Positions 25,901-34,188 of a stretch of 64,000 nucleotides of DNA are shown piece after piece (positions within the stretch are counted from its first letter, which is position 1; each line of letters opens with the position of its first letter). Source of the stretch: an uncultured Ignavibacteria bacterium. Lineage in GTDB: Bacteria; Bacteroidota; Ignavibacteria; Kapaibacteriales; Kapaibacteriaceae. Below the pieces are notes generated by a model, which had not been told where the DNA came from, did not search any database, and saw only the letters and a list, made by a program, of their open reading frames with translations. The position numbers were made by a program, and so were the translations under genes. The DNA lies in contig CALMZQ010000027.1 of NCBI GenBank assembly GCA_937870915.1, positions 1,289-65,288 of the forward strand. The letters are read 5' to 3'.

Positions 25901-26463
25901 TACTGCAAGCCATCTTCGCCTTGTGTGAGATCTTGTTCGTAGGCAATCAGGATTCTCCGTGTAGCTCGTGGCATTATCGGATAGATGCGCGTGCGGAAGG
26001 CATTGTCACGAGTCCATTCAAGCAAGGCCGGATCCACTCCCCTTCGCTCAATTGCTTCAAAGGTTGCACGCGCCTTTGATTTGTCCACAACAACTGCATC
26101 TCTCAGCTTGCCGTTCAGGTCAAGTGCGAAACGTGAGACGGTTTGTCCATCAGATACGGGGAAGGAGAACTGACCTTCTAAGATGCGGTCATTCGGGTTG
26201 TAGACAACGATCTCCAATGTTGTAGTAGCAAGTGTACCGCGGATGTCTGTAGAGGCCTTCATTGAGGAGATGCGAAGGGGTGTTTGTTGCCCCTTTTCAT
26301 TTGTTACGAACACGCCAAACCGTGTCCGTTCTGGTTGACGTTTGGCCACAACAGTGTCCTGTTTCCGTGGTTCTTTGTTCAACCGTACGATTGTTGTGTG
26401 TACATATGATGCTATGAGGAGAACCGGGGCAAGAGCGATGGTAAGGACGAGTAGCTTTTTCAT
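22969..26463 (-). CDS. 1164-aa multidomain protein: VIT - vWA - CarboxypepD_reg - plug-like - helical repeats - DUF2135
   Basis: N-terminal hydrophobic anchor. VIT-like at aa ~55-185, vWA-like at ~293-445 (IAIAWDASLSG..FLVSDG), CarboxypepD_reg-like at ~651-727 (GIVKDTGGLPVPGATIRV), TonB-plug-like at ~750-815, DUF2135-like at ~1040-1150 (DIDLWVTDP..GYGPEEY). Confidence 0.75.
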   Translation of the reverse strand: MKKLLVLTIALAPVLLIASYVHTTIVRLNKEPRKQDTVVAKRQPERTRFGVFVTNEKGQQTPLRISSMKASTDIRGTLATTTLEIVVYNPNDRILEGQFSFPVSDGQTVSRFALDLNGKLRDAVVVDKSKARATFEAIERRGVDPALLEWTRDNAFRTRIYPIMPRATRRILIAYEQDLTQGEDGLQYTLPIAVDDTVTSFTWDVTVAAFGAKPQLSGNSTDSISFSNRGRSFTSSVARTNFVIDQPFVIDVPVVPAAHVVTVNEHRGDTYASIVVASPRSSETSTERPLPRKIAIAWDASLSGARRDHEKELQFFDAYFKKNNNVDVQLHVFAHEVISDQRFVVRDGKWADLRKTLSTMTYDGATQLGAVNFSTLRSDLIFLVSDGVSTFGGHRPNIGTIPVIGLVANTFADIDLLRVLCESTGGEVYDLRVTSINDALRSVFTTRLMLESVKVVSGSMTSIYPQGMVEARLCNTIVGTLQSPTADLELVYSLNGVIVEKKTISVNSAEHKADGLTAARQWAQQELKTMAGDRRARAQDITKLGMRFGIVTPGTSLLVLETLNDYVQYDIEPPATEPELLAQWTEQKKNKPAITVQSAEARQAYLASLVSSWKAWYIKPLPEQRSRDTIVSVTPAIPQVQTAAPMAGLGAIKGIVKDTGGLPVPGATIRVLGTTKGGISKMNGMFFVTNIAPGRHSVRATAVGYDTVNQDVDLAADQTHDVNFTVTPGGVRMRLLAVEADPEMIRSKDVGTTTRTVKGSDLTKVARNNTASALSLNAGIRASDNNFVVRGSRKTENQVLVEGLVVSDQFTGGLGNSGDGSVGTAMLAPNAAQPLEAVHGTLIEVQADIRNVDVARVQADVVTKDKKPGLVSRDVWTTALQSCSKDSVYSWYLGHRADYGRNVGFYLDVSDALRDKGLHKLSLRVLSNLAELEGENHQMLRILARRLLQLGKADYAVDVFTDVRDIRDEEPQSYRDLALALDASGKHQQAVDMLYVMATRTWDGRFPEVELIALNEMNHIIGLHPKDVDVSKIPAALLYSVAADVRVVMDWDSDNCDIDLWVTDPSAVKCYFGNRFTASGGRLSRDLTGGYGPEEYMIRKAPKGTFKVQANYYGDRQQRLSGPTTVQVAVYRNYGRPNERRESTTIRLNGGSARVVDLATVNID

Positions 26464-26478
26464 GATGGTCTCCTCTTG

Positions 26479-27456
26479 TTAGCGTTGAATGAGAAGGCGT
26501 TGAACGAGTCGGGTACCGTGCTCGGGTAGATCGATCGTTACCAGCACCATACCGGATGGCATCGACTGTAGATCCGGAAGAACGAAGCTGTTTGATCCAT
26601 TATCCAGTCGGACATTCTCAAACACAACAGCAAGTTGCCGTCCGGATACATCCACGATACATATCCGTGCGTTTGTAGAACGTTGTGTGGTAAGTATCAA
26701 CGTTGCTTCATTTCCCGAGACAGGATTTGGATAGACCTTCTCAATTGACACATCCCGCGAGTCGTCCCGGATCTCTTGAAAGTCGGTGATCTCTCTCTCG
26801 ACACTCATTGCCAGCTCCGGAGCAAACCACAGGTAGGCAACAACATTCTGATGAAGGTCTGACTCGTCAGACTGCAGTGTGATCTTTACCGGGACCAGAT
26901 CGTTCATCTCTGGAGCCCCTTGCTGATGATCATACCAGGATGCGTAAGCACCATCTGTGTCGTAAAGGGTAACGGCTACTGGCGTTCGGTTGAGATCGGC
27001 CTCTGTTGATGGTTTGAGGCTGATACCGCGGTGTGAGATGGTTACCCGCTGTCCATCCTCGATGAACCATATCTTCTGATCGTCTGCATTCACACCAAGT
27101 GATGCAAGTTCTGTCCGTGATGCATCCATCGTCATCACTAATGGTTGCTCGCGTTCCGTCAGAATTTGACGACGAGGTTCCATCTTTTGCTCTTGTTGCT
27201 GCTGTGTTTGCTCGATCACGTGTTGTGTTGAGGCTACTGGTTGTGTTGAGTCCGTTTCTACCACTGGCGTATCAGATGCGAGATAGTAGACCGTAGCAAT
27301 ACCAGCTGCAGCCATCAATGCTCCGCCGATGATGGTAAGCGGTCTTGTGATAAAGGGGCTTTGTGGTTCCTGCGTTGAAGATGTTGCTGCTTGTGGTGTA
27401 AGCAGGTTCAGTATCTCTTCTTCGGTCAGGAGCGGTTCATGACGTTGCGTTTTCAT
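26479..27456 (-). CDS. Single-pass membrane protein with T9SS-CTD-like C-terminus; candidate anti-sigma factor
   Basis: Start overlaps the sigma gene stop (ATGA). About 45 cytoplasmic residues, one TM helix (LTIIGGALMAAAGIATVYYL), C-terminal VYPNPVSG...LLIQR. Confidence 0.5.
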   Translation of the reverse strand: MKTQRHEPLLTEEEILNLLTPQAATSSTQEPQSPFITRPLTIIGGALMAAAGIATVYYLASDTPVVETDSTQPVASTQHVIEQTQQQQEQKMEPRRQILTEREQPLVMTMDASRTELASLGVNADDQKIWFIEDGQRVTISHRGISLKPSTEADLNRTPVAVTLYDTDGAYASWYDHQQGAPEMNDLVPVKITLQSDESDLHQNVVAYLWFAPELAMSVEREITDFQEIRDDSRDVSIEKVYPNPVSGNEATLILTTQRSTNARICIVDVSGRQLAVVFENVRLDNGSNSFVLPDLQSMPSGMVLVTIDLPEHGTRLVQRLLIQR

Positions 27457-27989
27457 TCTGCACCTACTGGCTGATGTTCTGGAAGAAGTGGCGACGCTCC
27501 AAGGCGCTGCTGTAGCAGACGACGAGCACGCATAAGGCGGACTTTTATGGCTGAGGCCGTGCCGCCCTGGATCTTTTGGATCTCACTGATGGAGAGGTCT
27601 GCGATCTCGAAGAGGATCAATGTTTCTCGAGAGCGAACAGAAAGCGTATGCAAAGCGTCACGCAGAAGAGCATGATCTGTAAGCTGCTCCGGCGAATGGT
27701 CTGTTGATGCAATGCTCTCATGATGCTCTTCGGTAAGGATGCCGAAGAACTTGGAGCGCGTAAACTTGCGCTTGAAGGTATTTGCGGCAACCGTGTAGGC
27801 ATATGACCGAAAGGCCGACCTATCACGTATGGTATCGAGATGCTGCCAGAGGATAACGATCGTGTCCTGGAGGAGGTCGCGAGCCTCATCCCTGTCACGC
27901 GTCATGTTCAGGCAGAACTGCTCCAACTTTCGTTGGACGGGTCGTAGAAGCTCCATGAACTCCTGCTGCCTCTGTTGTAGATCATTCAT
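27453..27989 (-). CDS. ECF-type RNA polymerase sigma factor
   Basis: Sigma-70 region 2 (ARDLLQDTIVILWQH) and region 4 (LSISEIQKIQGGTASAIKVRLMRARRLL). Confidence 0.85.
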   Translation of the reverse strand: MNDLQQRQQEFMELLRPVQRKLEQFCLNMTRDRDEARDLLQDTIVILWQHLDTIRDRSAFRSYAYTVAANTFKRKFTRSKFFGILTEEHHESIASTDHSPEQLTDHALLRDALHTLSVRSRETLILFEIADLSISEIQKIQGGTASAIKVRLMRARRLLQQRLGASPLLPEHQPVGAE

Positions 27990-28050
27990 ATGCCCACCTT
28001 TGTGTTACTATGAATGAGAGGCATACCCCTCCATCTCGGTTACATTACCT

Positions 28051-28113
28051 GTTCGCTGTTCGTTGTTCGCTGTTCACTGTTCGCTATTCACTATTCGCTA
28101 TTCACTCTTCGCG
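28051..28113. repeat. Nine (G/A/C)TTC(G/A)CT heptamers at an exact 7-bp period
   Basis: gttcgct gttcgtt gttcgct gttcact gttcgct attcact attcgct attcact cttcgcg. The last codons and the TAG stop (28091-28093) of the minus-strand gene lie inside the array. Confidence 0.9.
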
Positions 28114-28924
28114 CTATCCAAAGGTCCAACCCACCGGCACCACCCGGACGGTTAGATGCGAACAGCTGCGATCCGTCAGGTAGGACGATACAATCGCTTT
28201 CATCGAACTCGGTGTTGAGCCAGTCGAGTGGGATTGGCTCCTGCCAAGCCCCATCCCTGAAGACACTAAAGAAAATATCAAACCCACCCTTGCCACCGAT
28301 TCCGTTGGAGGCAAAGATTAATGTATCGACAGAGAGGAACGTTGGACTGATCTCGTCTTCGAGGGAATTCACAGACCTACCAAGGTTGATAGGCGTACTC
28401 CACGTTAGGTCGTCACGACGATCACTTATCCAGAGGTCGAGTCCACCCTCGCCCCCTACCCTATCACTAACAACTACCAGGCGTGTCCCATCGGGCGATA
28501 TTGCCGGATGTGAAACAAAGAAGGGGCCATTCACTGCGGTAAGTGGGTGACCTAGATTGAGGGCATTGTTATCTCTCGGCACAGTTACAATGCCGGGGAA
28601 GGACTGTTCCTCAAAACGCCCGTACGCTACACCTACTGCCTCTCCGTTTGCAGAAAAAGAGACGAACCCACGCTGTTGTTTTGCGTGGTTGAAGGTGCCG
28701 GTGAATGGTTCTGCTTTTGAGCCTGACTGCATTGTGCAACGATACACGGCGGCTTCTCCGGACCGCTCTGTTGTAAAAACCACTGAGCCGGTGAGGGGGT
28801 CCATGTTGGGTGCATATTCGGAGGACGTGGAATTACACGATTCAACAGGTACGGGTGGTTGTACTGCTGAGTTGGTCAATCCAAGGAGGATGGACCCTAT
28901 AACCAATGTCGATGCGAACATCAT
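28091..28924 (-). CDS. WD40-like (PD40/TolB-type) beta-propeller repeat protein, periplasmic
   Basis: Repeated SPDG..L.F.S.R.GG.GG.DLW motifs and a signal peptide from MMFASTLVIGS. ATG 28924 overlaps the queE stop (ATGA). Confidence 0.7.
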   Translation of the reverse strand: MMFASTLVIGSILLGLTNSAVQPPVPVESCNSTSSEYAPNMDPLTGSVVFTTERSGEAAVYRCTMQSGSKAEPFTGTFNHAKQQRGFVSFSANGEAVGVAYGRFEEQSFPGIVTVPRDNNALNLGHPLTAVNGPFFVSHPAISPDGTRLVVVSDRVGGEGGLDLWISDRRDDLTWSTPINLGRSVNSLEDEISPTFLSVDTLIFASNGIGGKGGFDIFFSVFRDGAWQEPIPLDWLNTEFDESDCIVLPDGSQLFASNRPGGAGGLDLWIARRVNSE

Positions 28925-29625
28925 ACGCCCCTTGTCTCCGGAGACCAAACGAACTTGTGCATCTGGAGCTGGAACCGCACGTTGAGTTTGTCCTCAAGGA
29001 TCCATTCAACAAGCTCTACAAAGGTGAGCTTTCCGAATACACAGGACATCAATACCGCTGCACACTGCGTATCGAGGTTGTATGCACGCACACATTCGCG
29101 GGCATATTCGTAGTCCACCCGCGAGGCGATAACAAATTTCACTTCGTCGTGAGGTCGAAGTGCCGTGAGGTTTTCTCGACGGTTGCGAGACTCCATCTTG
29201 GAATCCGGGCACTTCACGTCCATGATGCAAATCACACGCGGATCCAACACGGAAATGTCCTTGTGTCCGCCGGTCTCAATCGCCACCGTGTAGCCCATAT
29301 CGCACAGAACTGTCATCAACGGAACTACGGCAGGTTGTTCAAGGGGCTCTCCACCCGTGAATTCAATAAACGGGATCCCGATGCGCTCGATCTCCGAAAT
29401 GATGTCTTCCCCCGTCATCATCTTCTCTGCGGTTCGATGGTCCAAGGCATATGGAGTGTCACACCAAACGCAACGAAGCGCACAGCCCTGAAGTCGAATG
29501 AAGACGCATGGGAGTCCGGCGCGCGTGCCTTCGCCTTGGATAGAGGTGAAGATCTCGTTGACGTTGAACACGGACAGACGTGGGTCAGAGGTGATGTCAG
29601 TGCTATGGAGCGGGGCTGTGGACAT
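28921..29625 (-). CDS. queE: 7-carboxy-7-deazaguanine synthase (radical SAM)
   Basis: EIFTSIQGEGTRAGLPCVFIRLQGCALRCVWCDT motif. Confidence 0.85.
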   Translation of the reverse strand: MSTAPLHSTDITSDPRLSVFNVNEIFTSIQGEGTRAGLPCVFIRLQGCALRCVWCDTPYALDHRTAEKMMTGEDIISEIERIGIPFIEFTGGEPLEQPAVVPLMTVLCDMGYTVAIETGGHKDISVLDPRVICIMDVKCPDSKMESRNRRENLTALRPHDEVKFVIASRVDYEYARECVRAYNLDTQCAAVLMSCVFGKLTFVELVEWILEDKLNVRFQLQMHKFVWSPETRGV

Positions 29626-29636
29626 GAACCTGCAAT

Positions 29637-31868
29637 TTACGCGACGCTGAGCAAGCCTGCACCGTCAAAGAGCCGGAGAACTTCCTTCTTTACTGCAGCA
29701 TGCTCCATTGCTCGTAAATGGGGATCTCGCTCAAGGAGGGCAAAAGCATCTTCTCTCGTTACAACGATCAGTGTAGCGTCGGTAACGAGGTCTGCGAATC
29801 GAAACTCCGGCAAACCGCTTTGGCGCACACCGAGAACGTCGCCCGGCCCCCTCAGGCGTAGGTCTACTTCGGCGATACGAAAGCCATCAGTGGTCTCTTC
29901 CATGGTCTTGAGACGGACGATGGACTTGGCCCGGTCTTCTGAACTCGATGGCTTCGACACATGATATCTGAAGTGGTCCTTAGTAACAAGAAAACAAAAG
30001 GACTGATCTGCTCCGCGCCCAACCCGCCCCCGTAACTGATGGAGCTGCGAGAGTCCGAACCGTTCGGCATTCTCTATGAGCATGATGCTGGCGTTTGGCA
30101 CGTCGATGCCCACCTCTATCACCGTGGTTGAGACCAAGACGTCAAAGTCTCGATGCAAGAAAGCCCGCATCGCCTCTTCCTTTTCCGCCCAACCCATTTG
30201 ACCGTGGAGCAATCCGATCCGAAGGTCCGGAAAAACAATTTCACGCAGGTGTTCATAGTGTTCAATAGCGCTCTTGGCCTCGATCTTCTCACTCTTTTCA
30301 ACAAGCGGGTAGACGATGTAGGCCTGACGTCCAGCCTGTACTTCCCTGCGGATGAAGTCGAACACTCCATCAAGTGCCGACTCAAAAACGATCGTTGTAT
30401 GAATCGACTTTCTATTGGCCGGCATCTCATCGATCACCGATGCATCAAGGTCTCCATAGAGGGTCATCGATAGTGTACGGGGAATTGGTGTTGCCGACAT
30501 CACTAACAGATGTGGTGTTCGTGGTCCGTCTGTATGCGACGCTCTGCCCATTCGTCGCAACTCCGCTCGCTGTGCAACGCCGAATCGATGTTGTTCATCG
30601 ATCACGATCAGACCAAGCTTATGATACTGTACGTCTGCTTCAAAGAGGGCGTGCGTTCCCACTACGATCTGTGCTTGACCACTTTCAATGAGTGACAGCG
30701 CTTCCTTACGAGCCCTTTTGTTCTGTCCACCTACCAATTGCACCACGGTAACGTCCGTATCACCCAACATTCGGCGAATACTGTGCAGATGCTGTTCGGC
30801 TAGGATCTCCGTTGGCGCCATGATCAACGTTTGATATCCGTTGTCTACCGCGTTGAGCATGCAGAGTATTGCTACGATGGTCTTACCGGAGCCTACATCG
30901 CCTTGGAGGAGTCGGTTCATGGGCAGTCCCGACGTCATATCACTCACAATCTCGTGGATCACACGTTTCTGCGCTGTAGTCAGTGCAAACGGGAGGCTAT
31001 CCACCAATGCGCGAGCACGTGCGCTCTTGGCCTGCATGGGAAGTCCGGCTTCCGGGTTACGTCGGGATGTACGCCGTGCTGCAAGAAGCAGTTCGAATAC
31101 GAACAGCTCCTCATACTTCATGCGATATCGAGCCCGTTCAACGTGGGCTAACGATGTTGGCTGATGAAGCTCCCTGAGTGCATCATGCTTCGACATCAAC
31201 GATCTCGCCGAGAGGATCGATGATGGAAGGGGCTCTGTGATCTCCGCAAGTGTGGATTCGAGAATCTGCTCAACGATGGAGCGCATCAGACGCATGTTCA
31301 CGCCCGCATTACGCAGTCCTTGCGTGAGAGGATATTTTGGAAGCGTGGAACCAGTTCTGAATTGCTCCACTTCTTCTGCGTCAATCTCTTCGAGTTCCGG
31401 GTGATGAATAGAGAGTTGATTCCATCGCGGTTCGTAGTCGGGCACACCGCTTACAAGGAAAGTCTTTCCTTCCTTGAGGAGTTTGCTGTAATACTGCACC
31501 ATGTTCCAGAACACCAGCTGGGCAGTGGCTCCGGAACCATCGGCTATGGTTACTGCGAGCATGGATCGCCCCTTACCGACTGTCTTTTGCCGGACATCAG
31601 CGATAGTGGCAATGATGGATATCTCTGACGTTACCTTCACGATGTGTGAAGCGTCGCCGTTCCATAGGTCGGGTACACGGTAGCGTTCTACAAGTGCGGC
31701 GATACTCGGTGCTGCGGTACGGTCAACGTAGCCACGTGGGACGTTCATCACCACGTCTAACGGTGTAACGATTCCTTCTTTGGCCAGAGCTTCTGCTCTG
31801 CGTGGACCAACTCCCTTTACATATTGCAGGGGAAGGATGCGAGCGGTTGATGCAGTCCCGTCACTCAC
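29637..31868 (-). CDS. recG: ATP-dependent DNA helicase RecG
   Basis: Wedge/OB N-terminal region, helicase motifs (GDVGSGKT, DEQHRFG, MSATPIPRT, QLHQLRGRVGRG). GTG start. Confidence 0.9.
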   Translation of the reverse strand: MSDGTASTARILPLQYVKGVGPRRAEALAKEGIVTPLDVVMNVPRGYVDRTAAPSIAALVERYRVPDLWNGDASHIVKVTSEISIIATIADVRQKTVGKGRSMLAVTIADGSGATAQLVFWNMVQYYSKLLKEGKTFLVSGVPDYEPRWNQLSIHHPELEEIDAEEVEQFRTGSTLPKYPLTQGLRNAGVNMRLMRSIVEQILESTLAEITEPLPSSILSARSLMSKHDALRELHQPTSLAHVERARYRMKYEELFVFELLLAARRTSRRNPEAGLPMQAKSARARALVDSLPFALTTAQKRVIHEIVSDMTSGLPMNRLLQGDVGSGKTIVAILCMLNAVDNGYQTLIMAPTEILAEQHLHSIRRMLGDTDVTVVQLVGGQNKRARKEALSLIESGQAQIVVGTHALFEADVQYHKLGLIVIDEQHRFGVAQRAELRRMGRASHTDGPRTPHLLVMSATPIPRTLSMTLYGDLDASVIDEMPANRKSIHTTIVFESALDGVFDFIRREVQAGRQAYIVYPLVEKSEKIEAKSAIEHYEHLREIVFPDLRIGLLHGQMGWAEKEEAMRAFLHRDFDVLVSTTVIEVGIDVPNASIMLIENAERFGLSQLHQLRGRVGRGADQSFCFLVTKDHFRYHVSKPSSSEDRAKSIVRLKTMEETTDGFRIAEVDLRLRGPGDVLGVRQSGLPEFRFADLVTDATLIVVTREDAFALLERDPHLRAMEHAAVKKEVLRLFDGAGLLSVA

Positions 31869-31884
31869 TCGGATCCATCCTTCC

Positions 31885-32316
31885 TTATTTCTTCAGCGGG
31901 AGAGGAGAAGAGATACACTCCAACAACACACTATCTCCATTCTTGAATACCAACAGCTCTCCATCTCGATCAACGGACGTAGTCATTTCAAATGCCTTAT
32001 AGAGCTGATTCTCTATATCAATAGACGGGCAGACCATCCGCGTTGAAATGAGGGGGCCGATCGTTACCTTTTTTTCGTCCTGAGTGAAAGGTCCAGCGAA
32101 TTGGTTGCAACCGCCATATCCCATCACCCTGCCCGAGTCCGGGATGAAGCGAAACATCGGTAACCCGCCCTTGCCTTTGGACCTGTCCACGTCAATGCCA
32201 CCAATTGACTTTACCTCCCACGAACTGTCTGTGAGTATCGGTATAGGCACGCAGCCAATGAGGACGACAGACGTCACCACGAAGGCCACCAGGGCATGGA
32301 GGAAGGAGGAGGGCAT
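31885..32316 (-). CDS. META-domain (HslJ-like) lipoprotein
   Basis: Lipobox LIGC; META signature GYGGCNQFAGPF...STRMVC. Confidence 0.7.
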   Translation of the reverse strand: MPSSFLHALVAFVVTSVVLIGCVPIPILTDSSWEVKSIGGIDVDRSKGKGGLPMFRFIPDSGRVMGYGGCNQFAGPFTQDEKKVTIGPLISTRMVCPSIDIENQLYKAFEMTTSVDRDGELLVFKNGDSVLLECISSPLPLKK

Positions 32317-32330
32317 TAGATCTGCTTGTT

Positions 32331-33395
32331 TTATGTGGCAATCCCGTCAACAACGTTCATCCAACCACGCTCATCAGGGAGCAGACCATATCGAATGTCG
32401 TTGAGATGTTGCTTCAATGTAAACATTGTTTTCTCGGGCGACACGTTCAGCGCAAGATCTTCACCGTCGATGTTGATAACGCCTATGGGTGCAACGGATG
32501 CGGCGGTGCCTACACCAAAGGCCTCTGTAATTGTTCCGTTAAGGAGTCCAACGCGCAATTCTTCAACTGATACCGGACGTTCTTCTACAGCAAGCCCCAT
32601 ATCACGCGCAATGGTTAACAGGCTGTTCCTCGTTACACCATCAAGGATAGTGTCGCTCAATGCAGGGGTAACCACGGCACCGTTGATGATGAACGCAAGA
32701 TTCATTGTTCCAGATTCTTCAACGAAAGCATGATCTCGGGCATCTGTCCAAATCACCTGATCAAATCCAGCCTCTTGTGCAAGTTTTGTGGGATACATAG
32801 CTGCTGCGTAATTGCCGGCACACTTGGCAAAACCCGTACCTCCGTGTGCAGCGCGGGTATACTCACGTTCAACCTTTACACGTAGAGGCTTTTGGTAGAG
32901 GGGGCGGAATGGACCACCAACAACCATAAAGAGGAACTCGTCGGCCGCCTTAAGCCCCATACGTTCTTCTGAGGCGATCATAAACGGTCTGATGTAATAG
33001 GCAGCATCAGGCCCTGGTGGCACCCAATTTCTATCGAGATCAACAAGTGTATGAATAGCATCCCGGAATAGCTCCAGCGGAACCTCGGGCATACACATAC
33101 GCACAAGCGATCGATTGAATCGTTCATGATGGCGGTCTGTCCGAAATACTCCTATCGTGTCTTGAGCCATACGGTAGGCCTTCATACCTTCGAAGACGAT
33201 CTGAGCGTAATGCATGCCAAGAGCAAGGGGCGACATCGGGATTGGACGATACGGCTGGATACGCGCTTTCCGCCATTCACCATGAGCGAATTCGGCGATG
33301 AACATGTGGTCGGCTGGTATGTTCGTGAGCTTATGAGATGCAATCGCAGAAGCATCGATACGGGGCGACAGGGATCGGTCTATGGGAAGTGACAT
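32331..33395 (-). CDS. ilvE: Branched-chain amino acid aminotransferase (class IV, long form)
   Basis: HMF..., YAQIVFEGMKAY and the PLP-fold pattern. ATG 33395 gives about 354 aa. Alternative ATG 33428 overlaps the upstream gene. Confidence 0.85.
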   Translation of the reverse strand: MSLPIDRSLSPRIDASAIASHKLTNIPADHMFIAEFAHGEWRKARIQPYRPIPMSPLALGMHYAQIVFEGMKAYRMAQDTIGVFRTDRHHERFNRSLVRMCMPEVPLELFRDAIHTLVDLDRNWVPPGPDAAYYIRPFMIASEERMGLKAADEFLFMVVGGPFRPLYQKPLRVKVEREYTRAAHGGTGFAKCAGNYAAAMYPTKLAQEAGFDQVIWTDARDHAFVEESGTMNLAFIINGAVVTPALSDTILDGVTRNSLLTIARDMGLAVEERPVSVEELRVGLLNGTITEAFGVGTAASVAPIGVINIDGEDLALNVSPEKTMFTLKQHLNDIRYGLLPDERGWMNVVDGIAT

Positions 33396-33403
33396 ACGCA
33401 AAT

Positions 33404-34171
33404 CTATGGAGGTCGGGCCTTCCGCCATGTTTCTATCACGTCTTGCACTACCACAGACATCGTAGTGGCATACAGGGCCATTTGGGCTGCAACTCCATCT
33501 GTTACATAGGGTAAGAGCCATTCGGGGACGCTACGAGCCTCTTTTGACATGGCAGTAAGGAGCGGTGAAAAGAAGGTAGAAAGCTGAAGAATATTTCCCG
33601 CGGGGTCATACAGGAGGTATTTCTCACTGCGACAGATCCTACGTAGCTGGTCGCGCATGAGCCGATGGATGGTTTTTGCCGACGCTGCATGGGATGGAAG
33701 TGGTGCACCTCGAGAACTCCCGGTAGGCAGGCAGGCCATGATCCCCACGGTGCCGGAGATCTCAATGGCCTTGCTCATGATCTCTTCGAGTGTCATCCTC
33801 TGAGATGCAACAACAAAGGTGTCGCGCTTATGCCAAATCGAATCCCACACAGTGCTTCGATAACCACGCCGCAAATGCATGGTCTCATACATACATGCCA
33901 AATAGGCATTAACCCAAAATGCGGATCGCGCTCGGGGCAGGTATGCCGATGGTTGGGCATGTGCGATTGCCGCACGATATCTGTTGTATGCTGGGCTTTG
34001 CCAGCCCGACGTGAGAAGTTTTCCGCGTACCACCGATGAGTGCCATAACGAGTCGAATGGTGTGTGGTCCACAACGTCTGCCCACTCATCAATGGCAACC
34101 GTCCCCGTCTGCCCCACAACTGAAACTGTGACGAAGAAGAGAGAAACGATGATGGCAAAGTGGGCGAACAT
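33404..34171 (-). CDS. DUF547-like secreted protein
   Basis: Signal peptide; motif AFWVNAYLA resembles the DUF547 family. Confidence 0.5.
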   Translation of the reverse strand: MFAHFAIIVSLFFVTVSVVGQTGTVAIDEWADVVDHTPFDSLWHSSVVRGKLLTSGWQSPAYNRYRAAIAHAQPSAYLPRARSAFWVNAYLACMYETMHLRRGYRSTVWDSIWHKRDTFVVASQRMTLEEIMSKAIEISGTVGIMACLPTGSSRGAPLPSHAASAKTIHRLMRDQLRRICRSEKYLLYDPAGNILQLSTFFSPLLTAMSKEARSVPEWLLPYVTDGVAAQMALYATTMSVVVQDVIETWRKARPP

Positions 34172-34188
34172 GATATCTTCGTTCCTTC

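Noticed and set aside
28014-28550. 178-aa plus-strand ORF starting in the heptamer array
   Set aside because: It is antisense to the PD40-repeat gene. Its N-terminus is just the translated tandem repeat (SLFVVRCSLFAIHYSLF).
28906-29964. 352-aa plus-strand ORF spanning queE and the recG 3' end
   Set aside because: It is antisense to two confidently identified genes and crosses their intergenic gap, and its translation has no motifs.
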